Made by a program: the position numbers and the translations under genes
Origin: Marsupella aquatica
Taxonomy: Eukaryota > Plantae > Marchantiophyta
Assembly (NCBI GenBank): GCA_973895155.1
Contig: OZ316892.1
Coordinates: forward strand, 18,342,357 to 18,406,356
Direction: 5' to 3'
DNA length: 64,000 nucleotides
The notes under the pieces: model-generated
Seen by the model: only the letters and a program-made list of their open reading frames with translations
Told to the model about the DNA's origin: nothing
Databases searched by the model: none
In this document: piece after piece, positions 1 through 12,200 of the stretch
How positions within the stretch are numbered: the first letter of the stretch is position 1
Layout: every line of letters begins with the position of its first letter

Positions 1-2097
1 GGGGAGACTCACTTGCTAGGTAAGCAATGCACTCCAATCCCATTCTTTACGTCTGCTGCTGCAGTGCTGCTCTCGTAGCTGCACGCGTGCAACCTCCCGT
101 TTGATAGATGATTCTTTCGTTCTTCCGGCAGCAGCTTTCTAAAACCCTCCTGTATATCTCTAGGGATTCTTTCAAGGGTTTTAACGTAGATTGCGAGGAC
201 TTGATTGAGCGTACTGAAAAAGGCTGAGAGGACTCAAATTGGCATGCTAACGAATTGGAGAGGTTGGGAGGCTACAATTGAGCTTAGTTAGGAAGAGGTG
301 AGAACCCGATGCAGCGTACTTAGCAGAGGCAGTGGGGACACGAAGCAGAGATTGTGAGAACCCAATTGAGCATTCGTAGTACAGGCTGTGAGGATAAAAT
401 TAAGCATACTTACCAAAGACTGTGGGTACCCAATTGAGCACTCTAAGCAGCGGGTGTGAGAACCCAATTGAGCATACTTAACAGAGGCTATGAGAACCCA
501 GTTGAGCTTCTCGGTGCAAAAGGTTGTGAGGACTCAATTGAGCAGAGTCGCAGTAGGCTGTGGGTTCCCAATTGAGCAAACTTACCGGAGGCTGTGAGGA
601 CCTGATAGAGTTAGCTAAATGTTGCGAAACATCTAAGGAGCATAATGAGCATAGACTGAGGACCACATCGACCATCCTTCTCAGACAAATTTAGTTCATT
701 CCGAGTTGGCTGACAATACTAGTTAACCATTTTCTGACCAATTCCTTGTCCTTCGACCCTTTCTAATCCAGTAAAATATCCACTCACTGGGAATACTTGT
801 AACAAAGGACCAGAATGAATTTAAGTCGGCACCGAAAACCGTGTGATTTTGAGGCGAGTGTGAATTGCTGGAATGAATATTGCTGAGGCTGATTTAGTGA
901 GAGCATATCTTGGTTAGGTACTGGACCGTTGTTGCTGGAGCATTCAAGGATCAACCGGGCGTTCTGGGCTACGAACTCATGAACGAGCCGTGGCCCGGAG
1001 ACGTATTCTCCAACCCGCTCCTCTTCCTTCCCGGCGTAGCAGACAAAAAAAATCTGGCTCCCTTCTACGAAAAACTCCAAGCTGCTGTCAGGTCCGTGGA
1101 CAGGGAAAGAATCCTCTTTTTCGAGACCATCACCTTCGACAATTTCCGCTGCGGATGGTCCACTGTGCCGGGAGGAGACGAGTGGCAGAACAAAACAGTC
1201 CTGAGCTACCATTACTACACCCCTCCTAACTTCTCTCCCAAGCAGGCGTTTGCGGAACGGGCCAGGGAGAGCAAGAGGCTCGGATGCGGATCTATGCTCA
1301 CAGAGTTTTTTGTGTCTACCGGGCAAGACTTACGACACCAAAATGATTTCCCGAAGGCGCGGAGAGATATACTTCGAAGGGCCTTTGGGACGGAGGTGCT
1401 GGGCCCCATCCTCAGCGCAGAGAAAGAGGCTATGTTCTGTGACCCAGCTGGAGAAGGCTCTTCAGACGTGAGGTGTAGTAAGAAAAGGAGGCGAGCTTTT
1501 GAAGAAGATTTAGAAAGTAGGTTGGAAGAGGAGATCATGCAAACTGAAGGACGAGATGTGAAAAACGATCTGAAAAGTAGTCAGGGGAAACCATTTGTGG
1601 CTAATGACAAGGACGTGCAAACGAAGAGCTCAAAAGAGGTAGATTCTGTGGATGGAGTCCTGTCGGCAGCTGATACTTACGTTCAATCCTGGATCGGATG
1701 GGAGTACAAGGCCTTCTTCCACAAAACGGGCTCTATTGCGGAGCAATCGTTGTTCCGCAAAGATGGAGAACTGGATCAAAGCCTGGCGAAGAAGCTGAGC
1801 CGTACCTACCCTCAAAGTGTCTCTGGAAACATCATCGCCTTCACATTTGACCCTCCCTCATCTTTGTTTTCGTTTTCCTATGTTGCTGGGCGCGATTGCA
1901 TGACTGGAGACAGGTCGACCCCCACTGAGATTTTCGTCCATAGAGAGTTCTATTACCCGAACGGATTGCTCGTAGAACTAACCCCTCCGTGTGCATCCTT
2001 CACAGAAACAGATAGACTGGTGCAAGTACAACACAATTCTAAATGCTTTGGGTACGTTATTGATGTCAGAATAACTAGACTGGATCCAGTTTTATAG
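1..2097 (+). CDS. Glycoside hydrolase family 5, endoglycoceramidase-like, 3' part (exons <1..19 and 918..2097)
   Basis: Donor GTAAG at 20 and acceptor TTAG at 914-917 join in frame to give GDSLAR|YWTVVAGAFKDQPGVLGYELMNEPWPG. GH5 acid/base motif NEP, SYHYY, nucleophile LTEF, SWIGWEYK and the EGCase-type C-terminal beta domain (LSRTYPQSVSG...TEIFV...YPNG) are present. Confidence 0.88.
190..665. repeat. Degenerate ~34-bp minisatellite in the GH5 intron
   Basis: Core CCCAATTGAGCA-like words at 361, 429, 463, 497, 533 and 567. Consensus is about GGCTGTGAGAACCCAATTGAGCATACTTAnCAGA. Confidence 0.8.
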
Positions 2098-2902
2098 GAG
2101 ATAGTATCCTAGATATATTCTAAACATTCATTATTCATTCAGCACTCTCTCGTGATGCCGAATAAAAGCCATCCCAAAAAAAGCTTTACCCAAATGTCGC
2201 ATTGCCGATAGGTCAATCAGGTAATCTTAGATCAGCTCCTTGACCCTGTGTGTAATCTCAGCTTCTACAACCGAACACCAGTCCCTTGACTGATCGTTTG
2301 GTCTAGCTCTCTGGTATCAGGGTTCTATCCGTTAGCGTTTCCCAGTCGACCTCTCTAGACAAGTGGATAGGAGAATTATTAAAAGCATCAATCCTTGTGG
2401 CCTAACTTCTCTAGAGGACGTAGCATTTCTCACACATTCAACCTCCACATAATTTCGGTCTGACTCGTCATGCTAAGATCCAAAGACCCTCGTTCTCCAA
2501 GTTGAAACAAATCTGAAACTGCCAGTAACAGAGTCCGCTGGCAAACAAATTGCCATCGACCACAAAAGAAGAGGGGGCCATAGATAGCAGCTCAATCGCA
2601 TCAAGCCCTATTTATACATAATCAAGCGGAACTTCTAGATGGATCTTGCACAAGATCATGTTCTCCACACAATTAGAAGTAATTTGGAGTGACGACGAAG
2701 AGCTTGAAGTTCAGCTGCAAGTTTGTGATAACTATTCTACAAGGGAAGCCATAGCAGAAAATGATTCAGGTCACCTACTGGGAAAAAGTTGTATTACTGC
2801 GTAGACAGCTTCCAAAGCTGGGAACGGAATTTCTCCTGAATTTCTTTTATGTAAATGGGCAAACATCATCGTTTTCTTGATTTCACGATATAAGAACGCA
2901 GT

Positions 2903-4658
2903 TCATTCTTCTGCAGAAGACCTGAAGACACCAAATGATAGCACGGCACCAACAACTGCAGTGAGAGCCAACGCCAAAGTAGGTGCTGGAGTGTTGATTC
3001 CTAGATTCTGCAAACCCAACGTCACAGATTTAGAACACCGCCATAGTAACACTTTGTCTACAAGCACATGAATCAATAACACGCCCCTCACCTGACGATT
3101 ATCCTCTCAGGAGGGCCCATTCCCCATTTTCAGCCCTTCAATCCGTAAGGTACTCCTCTACCACTACTTAAAATCTTGATACTCGTGATAGTAATGGATT
3201 TTACCATTCATAGGCCAAACTTGACAACCGTATTTCATGAGAACGAAAAGCCCACTGATTGTAAGACATGAGACTATGATCGACTCATATTCAGACCATG
3301 CGATTATTGCAAAGACATTGCATCCACATGACAAGCACGAGGCGAAAGACTCACAGCAAGGACTCCTTTCCCAGAAGAAATCTCAGTGCCAATGGCAGTC
3401 ACAAAGCCAAGCATTGCAGCCCTTCCGATCCAAACATCGACTTTGGAATTCTGCCCACCACCCTCTGTGGCCTCACAACGTGGTCCCCGTGAGACAACAG
3501 TCCTGACTTCCTCCCTTTGTACCTTCAAACGTTCTGCACCCAATGAGCTCAATTGTCACGTGACTGAATTGAACCCTCACTGTACGCAACAATGCACTGC
3601 ATCAGCAGATGCGGTGACAGCAATCATGAAGGGCTAAAATGAATTCAGACTTCAATTGTTCAACTTGTCGTACCCAACATTTCGCTTTTCAGGTCACGGA
3701 TTCAAAGTCTTTCCCCTAAACGATTAGTAAGCCCCTTCCGAGGATTCGGAAAGTAGCGAACGAGGGACTGCAAGCCTAATCCATCAAGACAAGTTATTTG
3801 AGACTATCAATTCAGCTTAAGTGACTCCATTTGGTCATTGGACCAAAACTGTACAAAGGCCGCCTATAGAGAAAGAGTCTGAGGTTGATCGGCGGAGCCT
3901 TCAAAGGAACCGATTGCAGCCAAGGACGGCAATGAATGTGCCAGACTGAACCGATGCAACGAGAGATCGAGACAAACTATGCTTAAGATTCAGGTGATAT
4001 TTGGAAAAACATACCAAGATCAGAACTCCCCAACATATAAGAGGACGACCTGCACGCCAGTCCGCTTTGCAAGACAGAGTTCGTGGGTCTGCCGAACCTG
4101 CCAGCTCCCTTTCCATGCCTGGAAAGAGTCAAACCTGAAACACAAACAATCGGTATGCTCAAGTAAGTTCAGATTTCTAGAACTACATGAGCCGAAATTT
4201 CAGAGTAATGCATTGCCATATGTCACCCGTACTACATGATTAACCGGAGCCAACGATAGGTACAGACAACCACCATAGCCAGAATTTGAAGCATTCAATT
4301 GTCTGGAACCCAATGGCAAGCCCACATGACGTGAGAGAGTCTTTCTACCGGACTATTGATCAGTACCGAAACATGCAATGACGACACAAATTGCACAAAG
4401 ACGATCTAGACTCCAACAAATGACAACGCCATACATTCTAGATCAAGTATTATTGTCACACACATCACAGAAAAGCTGTTCTTGAATGACCAATTCTACT
4501 CCAGTCCATACCAACACCGGAAACCCACCTGAACTGGAGCAAATGGGGGAACGGCATCCGACAGTCCTCGAATCTCTCAAAGAGCTCTCGCTATGGCCTC
4601 CGATAGAGATCAACACCTGGCTTGTAGCACCAACGATAGTAGCTGAAATCGCGGCCAT
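2903..4658 (-). CDS. SEP1: Stress-enhanced protein 1 (two-helix LHC-like protein, chloroplast); exons 4658-4529, 4134-4015, 3533-3355, 3007-2903
   Basis: The spliced product MAAISATIVG...RCEATEGGGQNSKVDVWIGRAAMLGFVTAIGTEISSGKGVLA|NLGINTPAPTLALALTAVVGAVLSFGVFRSS has the LHC chlorophyll-binding helix and the second helix typical of SEP1. All introns are GT-AG with compatible phases. Confidence 0.9.
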
Positions 4659-4819
4659 CTCCAACAGCAACAACACCAACAGCTCCAACAAAATGCTCTG
4701 CTCTGCAATTCCTGGACCTCAGCTGATTTCTCTTGCTAGAACTGTAGAAGTGTAAGCTAAACCTCAGCCCCAGCAGCCTATCCTCTTCGTGCACCAGTCG
4801 ACGTGGTTGCCATTACCAC

Positions 4820-5670
4820 TGTACCACGGATGAGGGGCGGATGGGCAATGGTAACTAGTAGTAGACCCGTGAATAATTGCGAAGTTTTTTTGGTGGTTCG
4901 CCAGGTGGGGAATGTCACCATATGTACTTTCATTAGCCCGTTTTCTACCTACCGTAGACCCCATTAGCCAGAATCTGACGGTTCTCCTGAAATCTAGGGA
5001 GATCTAATGGTCAGACTCTAGTCTAGGAAAATAAGATAAGGAACATCATATGAATACTTCAAAGTGAGGTGGGATTTGGCCAACTTTGGTCACTAAAAGA
5101 ATGCTGTTTACTCTGTACCATGGATGAAGGGTAGAAGGGCAATGGCAAGTAGGAATCTGATGGTGAACCTTAAATCTAGGGAGATCTATGGTCAGAAACA
5201 AGTCTAGTAAAATAAGACAAGGAACATTTATAGTTTCTTCTCCTTCATAGGAAGACTTGGCAGTGAGGTGGAATTTGGCCAAGTTTGGCCACTAAATTTA
5301 TGCTGTTTACTCTGTTTAAATTAATGGGTGGACTGGCAATGGTAGGTGGAGGACCGCATGATATTGATTTAAAAAAGTTTTTTTTCCTTATTTTCCAGGT
5401 GATGAATATTGCCTAGTGGTGAGGGAGAAGATGCTAAGAATATGCCTTATTTAATTTGAAGGATCGTCATCAGATTCTGGCTGTTGAAGTGGCAAAGACT
5501 TTTCAGTGAGGTGGAATTTGGCAATTTGATGGCACTAAAAATGCTGATCACTACCCTACCATGGATGAGGGGAGGATGGGCAATGGTAAGTGAAAGATGG
5601 CAGAGTAATTCTAAAGGTTTTTATTGTTGGCCAGAAGGAGAATGGCATCTTGTGCAAGAGAGAAGGTGCT
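4820..5670. repeat. Degenerate ~200-250-bp repeats upstream of SEP1
   Basis: GGATGAGGGG..GATGGGCAATGGTAA-like at ~4828, 5121, 5325 and 5563. GTGAGGTGGRATTTGGC at 5064, 5263 and 5506. AATCTAGGGAGATCTA at ~4991 and 5173. Confidence 0.6.
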
Positions 5671-7933
5671 AAAAATATTCCTTTTCTGATTTTCCTTGAC
5701 TAGTTTCTGGTCATTTGATTTCTTTGGGATCTAAGGATGCAACTTTGAGCTACTTTGCCACTATAGGTGTTCTAGTTGACAATATTGTCATTGTTTTTAT
5801 TGTATCCACAAATATGTCATGGTTTTTGTATATCAAGGACAGCTTCACCAACGTGACCGTAAACAAAAATAGTGGCATTTACTTAAATAAAAACAATTGT
5901 GGAAATTTTGTCAATTGGAACACCTTTAGTGGAAATGTAAGTAAAAGATACTTAAGGATAATTGTCAGATTCTGGCTAATAGTGTCTGTGGCTAGATAGT
6001 GATGGGGTTCCATGCTTAATCTACCCTATGACCCAATTCAACTGATAAATGGAACCCCATTTTATATGCAATTGGGTTCCCACTAATAGCTTCATCTACC
6101 GATCTAATATTCCCCACACTGGAGTGTCAGAACCCCATTCCTAATTTTTGCTCTATGGAACCCGAATAATTGAAAGAAAGCCCAATGTGAGTGGGTGACT
6201 TCAACACGTACTTTGTGGCTTTAGTTGGCTTTGTGGTCTTCCAGCGGATGTAACATGTTTTCAAGTAACTCAAAATTTGATGCGTACCTCATGATCTCCC
6301 CATGCAAGGGTGATTCCTCAAGAGAATCTCATTGAGACAAAAACTGCAATTATTGGAAGGTATGTATATATAAACTAAATAATAAATGAATGTAAGGTAA
6401 GGTAACAGTTATGCAATAAAGTCCAGATCCAACGTTTTCTAGCACATATTTGTACCCGTTCTTGACCACAGATTGTATGTGGGGAGTGCGCCTTCCACAG
6501 TACATACCTTTTTGGGTTGGAAACAGCCTTTGAGCAAACTTCTTTGCTGGAAGGAAACTCCTTGGTTTATATTTTAGTGGAAATTATTCACTTGTAAGTG
6601 AAAATGATGTTTGGATGGACTTGTGAACCTTGCAACCCAGATGAACCAGGCCATGTTTGACCCCTAAGTTGTGGATTTATTTACAAAAGAAAAGTGCTAC
6701 TTGAGAAATCAGTTTCTGTGTGGTCAATTGCAGTCTATCAAGGCTTCATACTCCTTTTAAGTTTAGTGGGACATTTTCTTTTAACTCCAGGGATTGTTGG
6801 AGTCATCCATGGTTAGCACATCCAGAGTGGCAACAATTGGGTCCATTGGAAGGGGTTGCAAAGATGCATGGGCGGACGATTTCTTGAGGAGTATGAACCC
6901 TGGTACTCATGTATACAAGTTTAGCAGAAAATACACTTGGGAAAATCATTGTGACTGGTAAATCTAATGAGCTTCCAGTATTTGAAGCTGATGCATCTTG
7001 ATCTCCTATGAGCGCTCCTTTTTCGTTGAATGTGCAATTTTCTATGAATTGAAGTGATAACAAGTCCACGGTTTGAACATCCACAGTGGCAACAGTCCAC
7101 ATTGGAAGGGGTCGCAAACATGGCCGAGGATTCTTGGGGAGTATGAACCAGTGTTTCCTTTCTGTGGGAACTTTTGTACAATCATGTGCTACCAGGTAAG
7201 GGTTGTGAATGCTACAACAGGTTCTTAAATAGTTTTGGTGACTATTTACCAAAATCAACCGTCCAGATCTGACTATACATACATCTAATGGTCATAGTAT
7301 AATTTTGCAAGCCTTTTTCTACTTGGACTTGTACATAGATGTGATGGTCATAATGTGATTGTACAAGCTTTTTGCTACTTGGACTCTTCTCACGCACCAT
7401 AACTGCCACATGCCCAAAATACAAAAGGAAACCCTGGTATGAATCAGGTTCTGATGCTAGCACCCAATGGGGAAACTACACTTGGAAAAATCATGATGAT
7501 TCATTAGTCCAATGAGCTTCCATTAGGAAGTTGGTGCTGGGATGGACTCCCATGTGGACTTGGATTGACCAAACAATTTTTGACACCCAAAATTGTGAAC
7601 AAAAGTAAAGCAAAGGTACTGTTTGAGTAAAGCGTCATGTTTATAAATCATCTATCCAGTTTTTTTTGTCAAACATGGTGGTCTATCTGGACTTCTATTT
7701 CTTTCTAGGTACCACGGCCTAAAAAAATGAGGTTAATATTTGAAAAAGGTTTTTACTAGCAAGGGTACGTAGTATATACCTGGCGACATCCTCTCTCCCC
7801 TCCTCCCCAATTTTCGCCAGCACACCCCATGGGCCTGTTTGAGCCTTCCCACTACAATTGTACCGGGCCTACAGCCTCCAGCAAAAGTGCAAAGGCCACC
7901 CGTACTATTAGGCCTATCACTAGACTCAAGCAT

Positions 7934-8130
7934 CAGCATGCTGTCCTTGTTCATGTTTATAAATTCTGGATTCTTTCTAAGGCCCCCAAAAAACAAGAAT
8001 GAAAGCGTCAGCATGCTGTCCTTGTTCATGTTTATAAATTCTGGATTCTAAGGCCCCCCAAAAACAAGAATGAAAGCGTCAGCATGCTGTCCATGTTCAT
8101 GCATATAAATCCTGGATTCTAAGGCCCAAA
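7934..8130. repeat. Tandem repeat, about 2.7 copies of a 71-75-bp unit
   Basis: CAGCATGCTGTCCWTGTTCATG...TAAATYCTGGATTC..TAAGGCCC starts at 7934, 8009 and 8080. Confidence 0.9.
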
Positions 8131-9266
8131 AGACACTATCCCTGAAGTCTCGAGACAGTGACACTCTTAAATAGAGGTATGATGTGGAAGCAGGCTAAAA
8201 AGTTTTTATTCAGCACCTCTCTCACCATAAGTTTCCCCATTCAAACTAGAAAGGTCTAAATGCAATTCACAATGTTTAACTTGGTCTCTTGAATGCAATT
8301 CACAGTGTCTTAATTATATAGAACTGCAAAGGAACAAATACACCTTACCGGGAGACAAGATCCCAAAGCCCAAAAACCCAATGAAGGGGAAAAAGTAAAA
8401 GAAAAACCGGGAAGACTCAAGAGTTGAAGATCGCATGTAAACATCCATGGACCGTCACTAGAAGCTTTCTTGTTGATTCCTATGATATTCTGTCCATGCG
8501 GCCTCCTTCGTCATCCAACCCAAGGAGTTGAGTTCTCTTGGTTACCATGGGTACTTCCCATATCATAACACTGTCAGTATTCTGGGACTATTTTGCCATA
8601 GGAAAATTCAGGTGCACATCTCAATAACATTGTTAAACATAGTTAGAATCTGGGAGTATAGTGCCACTGTAAAACTCCTGTGCACATCTGAAAACATTGT
8701 CAAATGTTGTAAGCTTCTGAGAGTATCTGCCACTACAAATTCCTGTGTACATCTGAATAAAACTGTCAGAAAATTTGTGTCCATGCCAGTGTGCTGAAGT
8801 GCAAAATCTCTTGAAATCATAAGTGGTACGGAATGTAGATTAGTTAGAGTCGTGACTAAGCAAGGGAGTAAATTATATACAAATAAATAAATAATAACAC
8901 CGCCGTATGAGGCCTGCTCCTGGGCCCAGGGGAGAAAGGAAAAGAGAGAGGAAGGAGATTGACAATCAGAGAGACCCCACAAAGCAATTCGTTGCTTGCT
9001 TGCAAAGCAGAGCTCTCCACTCCTCCTCGAGTCAATTCGTTTCGTTTCTTTTCGTTTCGTTTCGTGGCAATGTGGTTGCAATGCACAGCTCCTGTAGTCC
9101 TCTCGGCATTCCATCCACTGCAGCTCGTGAGAATGAGATGTGGAGTGTGACGGGAGCAGCATGGTGGCGGTAGTAGAGGAGTGGGGAGTGGCGATGAGCT
9201 CGAGGAAGAACACCCACCAGCCGGTCTTAATCAGTCGAGAGCAGTGAGCTCATTAGAAAGGAGAAG

Positions 9267-12200
9267 ATGGGTAGCAGCAGCTGGGAAGGAGGAGGATTAG
9301 GAGGCACAGCAGAGCCGGACTTGTCATGGATGTCATTCTCCCCTGAAGCCCACGGCCTCAAACCCGCATTAAGTGTTTGGCCTAGCCGCAGCAATGATGA
9401 CAATAATTATAATAACTCCTTCTCTGACAATCAGCAGCAAGAGCAGGAGGAGCACGAGGAGGAGCAGCAGCAGCAGCAGAAGAAGAAGAACAGGTTCGGT
9501 TTTCGGATTGGGAGGGGAAGAAGAAGCAAGAGCCTGAGTGGCCACGACGAGAACGAGTATGAGTGGACGGGGGGTGAGATTGTGGAAGAGGACGAGTATG
9601 AGGAGGAGGAGCGACTGAGCAGGAGAAGGAGGGGAAGGGAGCAGGCGAGAAAAGTTCATGTGGATTTTGACCGTGACGATTATGACGATGGTGATGATGA
9701 GGACGGAGGATTGTCCTCCTCGAGGTTGTCTGCCGGGATTCGGAGACCGCCCTTGCCCTCGTTTCCGCCCTCGTCCCTGGGACGTAGGCAGCAGCAGAAG
9801 AAGAGCTGGCTGGAGAGCTTGGACGAGGACGACGTTGCAGCTCAGCAGCAGCAGCTGCCGTGGAGCTCCGAGATTCCCAGGAGGCTCCAATTCGCAGCTG
9901 TGGTGGCTTCCTTTGGCTGTCTGGTGGCATTGGCGATCAGCATTGTCCTGCTCTACTTGAGTGAGTGAGCAATATTCGCCTCTCTATTTTTCTTGTTTGG
10001 GATTTGCATTGGATCCCTTTCCTTTTAGGCTGTTGTGTGTCTGGCATACATATACTCTGGACCACTAGAGTCTGCGCCCGAGTCTCAAGGCGGATGCTGA
10101 CTTAGCCCCGAAATTGGAAATGTTTGTACTCTGCTTTGTGGATCCCTCTTCCTTCAGACTGTCTCAGATATTCGTTACGTTGGGGAAGACTTCTTTCGCC
10201 TAAATAAGATTCCCAGCTGGAGTTTTTGATTCATGTTTGTATGTGGGGGTGGGTAAGGAGGCTTTTTGATCCCTTTCCTTGCAGATTGTTGTTTGAGATT
10301 TATATTCTGGACCGCTAGAGTCTGTGCCCGAGCGTCAAGGGGTTGTTCAGATTCATTAGCTTGGCACCGAAATTTGAAATTCCAGTACTCAAAGTTTTGA
10401 TCCTTCTCCTGTTTCAGATACTTTACTTTCAAAGACGTTTCTTATCACCTAAATAAGATTCCCAGCTGGAGATTTTGTATCTATGTTTCCGTTTGGTTAT
10501 CAGTACGGATACTGTCAGAAGTAGCGAAATGGGACTTCTGTTGAAGCTCTGGGCTTACAGATAGATTTGACCGTTCAGGTGCTCCTGGCAACATATCTTT
10601 GAGTCAATGGAGTGTGTGAGTGAGGTTTGAGGAAGACCTTCCGAAAATACCCAGAATTCTAACTTTAAGTCCAAGAGATCTGCTCTGAGTGCGATTGAGT
10701 GGGGAGAGAATTTCAATAGTAGTCATTTGGGATTGTTCTCAGGTTTTGGGGTGACCGCACGACCGCCCAGTTCGTGCAAAGTTGAAAAGGTGGTGCTGAA
10801 TTTCACAGTGCAACGGATTCGTCTTAGAGGAGGGAGGTACATATCCTTTCGCGAGCAAGGGGTTGGTGCAGATAGGGCTCAGCATTCCTTGCTCATCGTT
10901 CATGACCTGCTTTCATCTCGCTTGGCAGGTAAATCCTAAATCCGCCTTTGAAGTCATTCTCCTGGGAAAGCATTATGACAACTGACACGCAATATCTGTG
11001 CTTCATCTGACGAACCTAGGAGATACTGGGATCCTCTAGGCAGGCTGAGATTTTGTGGCATGTGGGATTGGGTGACACTCTTCAGGTATTCCTGGTATCA
11101 GTGACTCTCTCCTGGAGGAGTTTGGAGTCCGCCTGATTGCCTATGATAGACCCGGATATGGTCAGAGTGACCCACACTTAGGCAGGAGCTACAACTCTTC
11201 AGCGCAGGACATGGCAGACATTGCAGATGCACTTGGTCTGGGGGATAAATTTTGGGTGGCTGGGTTTGGCAATGGAGGACCCCACGTTTGGGCCGCCATT
11301 AAATACATCCCTGAAAGACTCGAAGGTGTGTTTCTTATGTCATATCTCTTCAATTCCATGTTTCTCAAACTTACAGTGCATCACGTCACATAACTCAATA
11401 GATTCCATAGTTTGGATTCTCCATCTGCCTTGACAGTCAAAGTGCAACTCTAAACTTCTTTTTGTCTGTTTTGGGTAGGTGTTGCGCTGTTCGCCCCCGC
11501 TGGGAATTTTTACGCAGAAAATATGACCAAGGATGAGGTTACCAAGACCTGGGGTTTGTTAACTTTGCGACAGAAATGGATGTACAGCATGGCTCGTCTT
11601 TTCCCGGCTCTTCTTCCTTCCTTGGTGCAGAAGACACTAATTGATCACTACCCCAGCCCATTTCGAATTATGACTGGCCCAACCGTAGGATCCAAGGTAT
11701 CAAACTTTTCTATTGCCTCTTCGGGCTGTGTATCTTATACTGTGGTAAATTGTACACAAAAGTGTCCTCTATTCCAGCACAGGTAATAATTAATTAATTC
11801 TGTTCAACCTCGTTTTTCGTCTAGGTAGCCGAGATGTCAATTAACTTAGTGGGCTGACGAAGGACATTTGGTTTGTGTCAGCCTCTTTGAAAACCTCGAG
11901 TATCTTTTCAAGTCCCGATGACCTTATAGACTTTAACTTTTATCTCTGAGCCTTTCTAAGTAGGTCATCTATGAAAGTTCCTCATGGTTCCTAACTTGAG
12001 GAAGCATCGTCAATATTTAAATCCCTGGCACTGACTACCAAGGAAAGACCCTTGGAGCTTGTAGTCCTATGGCATGGAGAGCAGAGTCTCTACTTCTCTG
12101 CTGATTTGGTATTGGTGGGCCGAGTGCCGAATCACCTGTATAATCACCTTCGTGCGACCCTCAACTGTTTAGCACGCCTGTGCATGCATGGGCTTTGTAG

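Noticed and set aside
190-665. CRISPR-like array
   Set aside because: The repeats are degenerate, the linkers are only ~12 bp and similar to each other, the context is a eukaryotic intron, and there are no cas genes.
9369-9960. Antisense and alternative-frame ORFs of 100-182 aa
   Set aside because: They are shadows of the GC-rich low-complexity first exon of the hydrolase gene.
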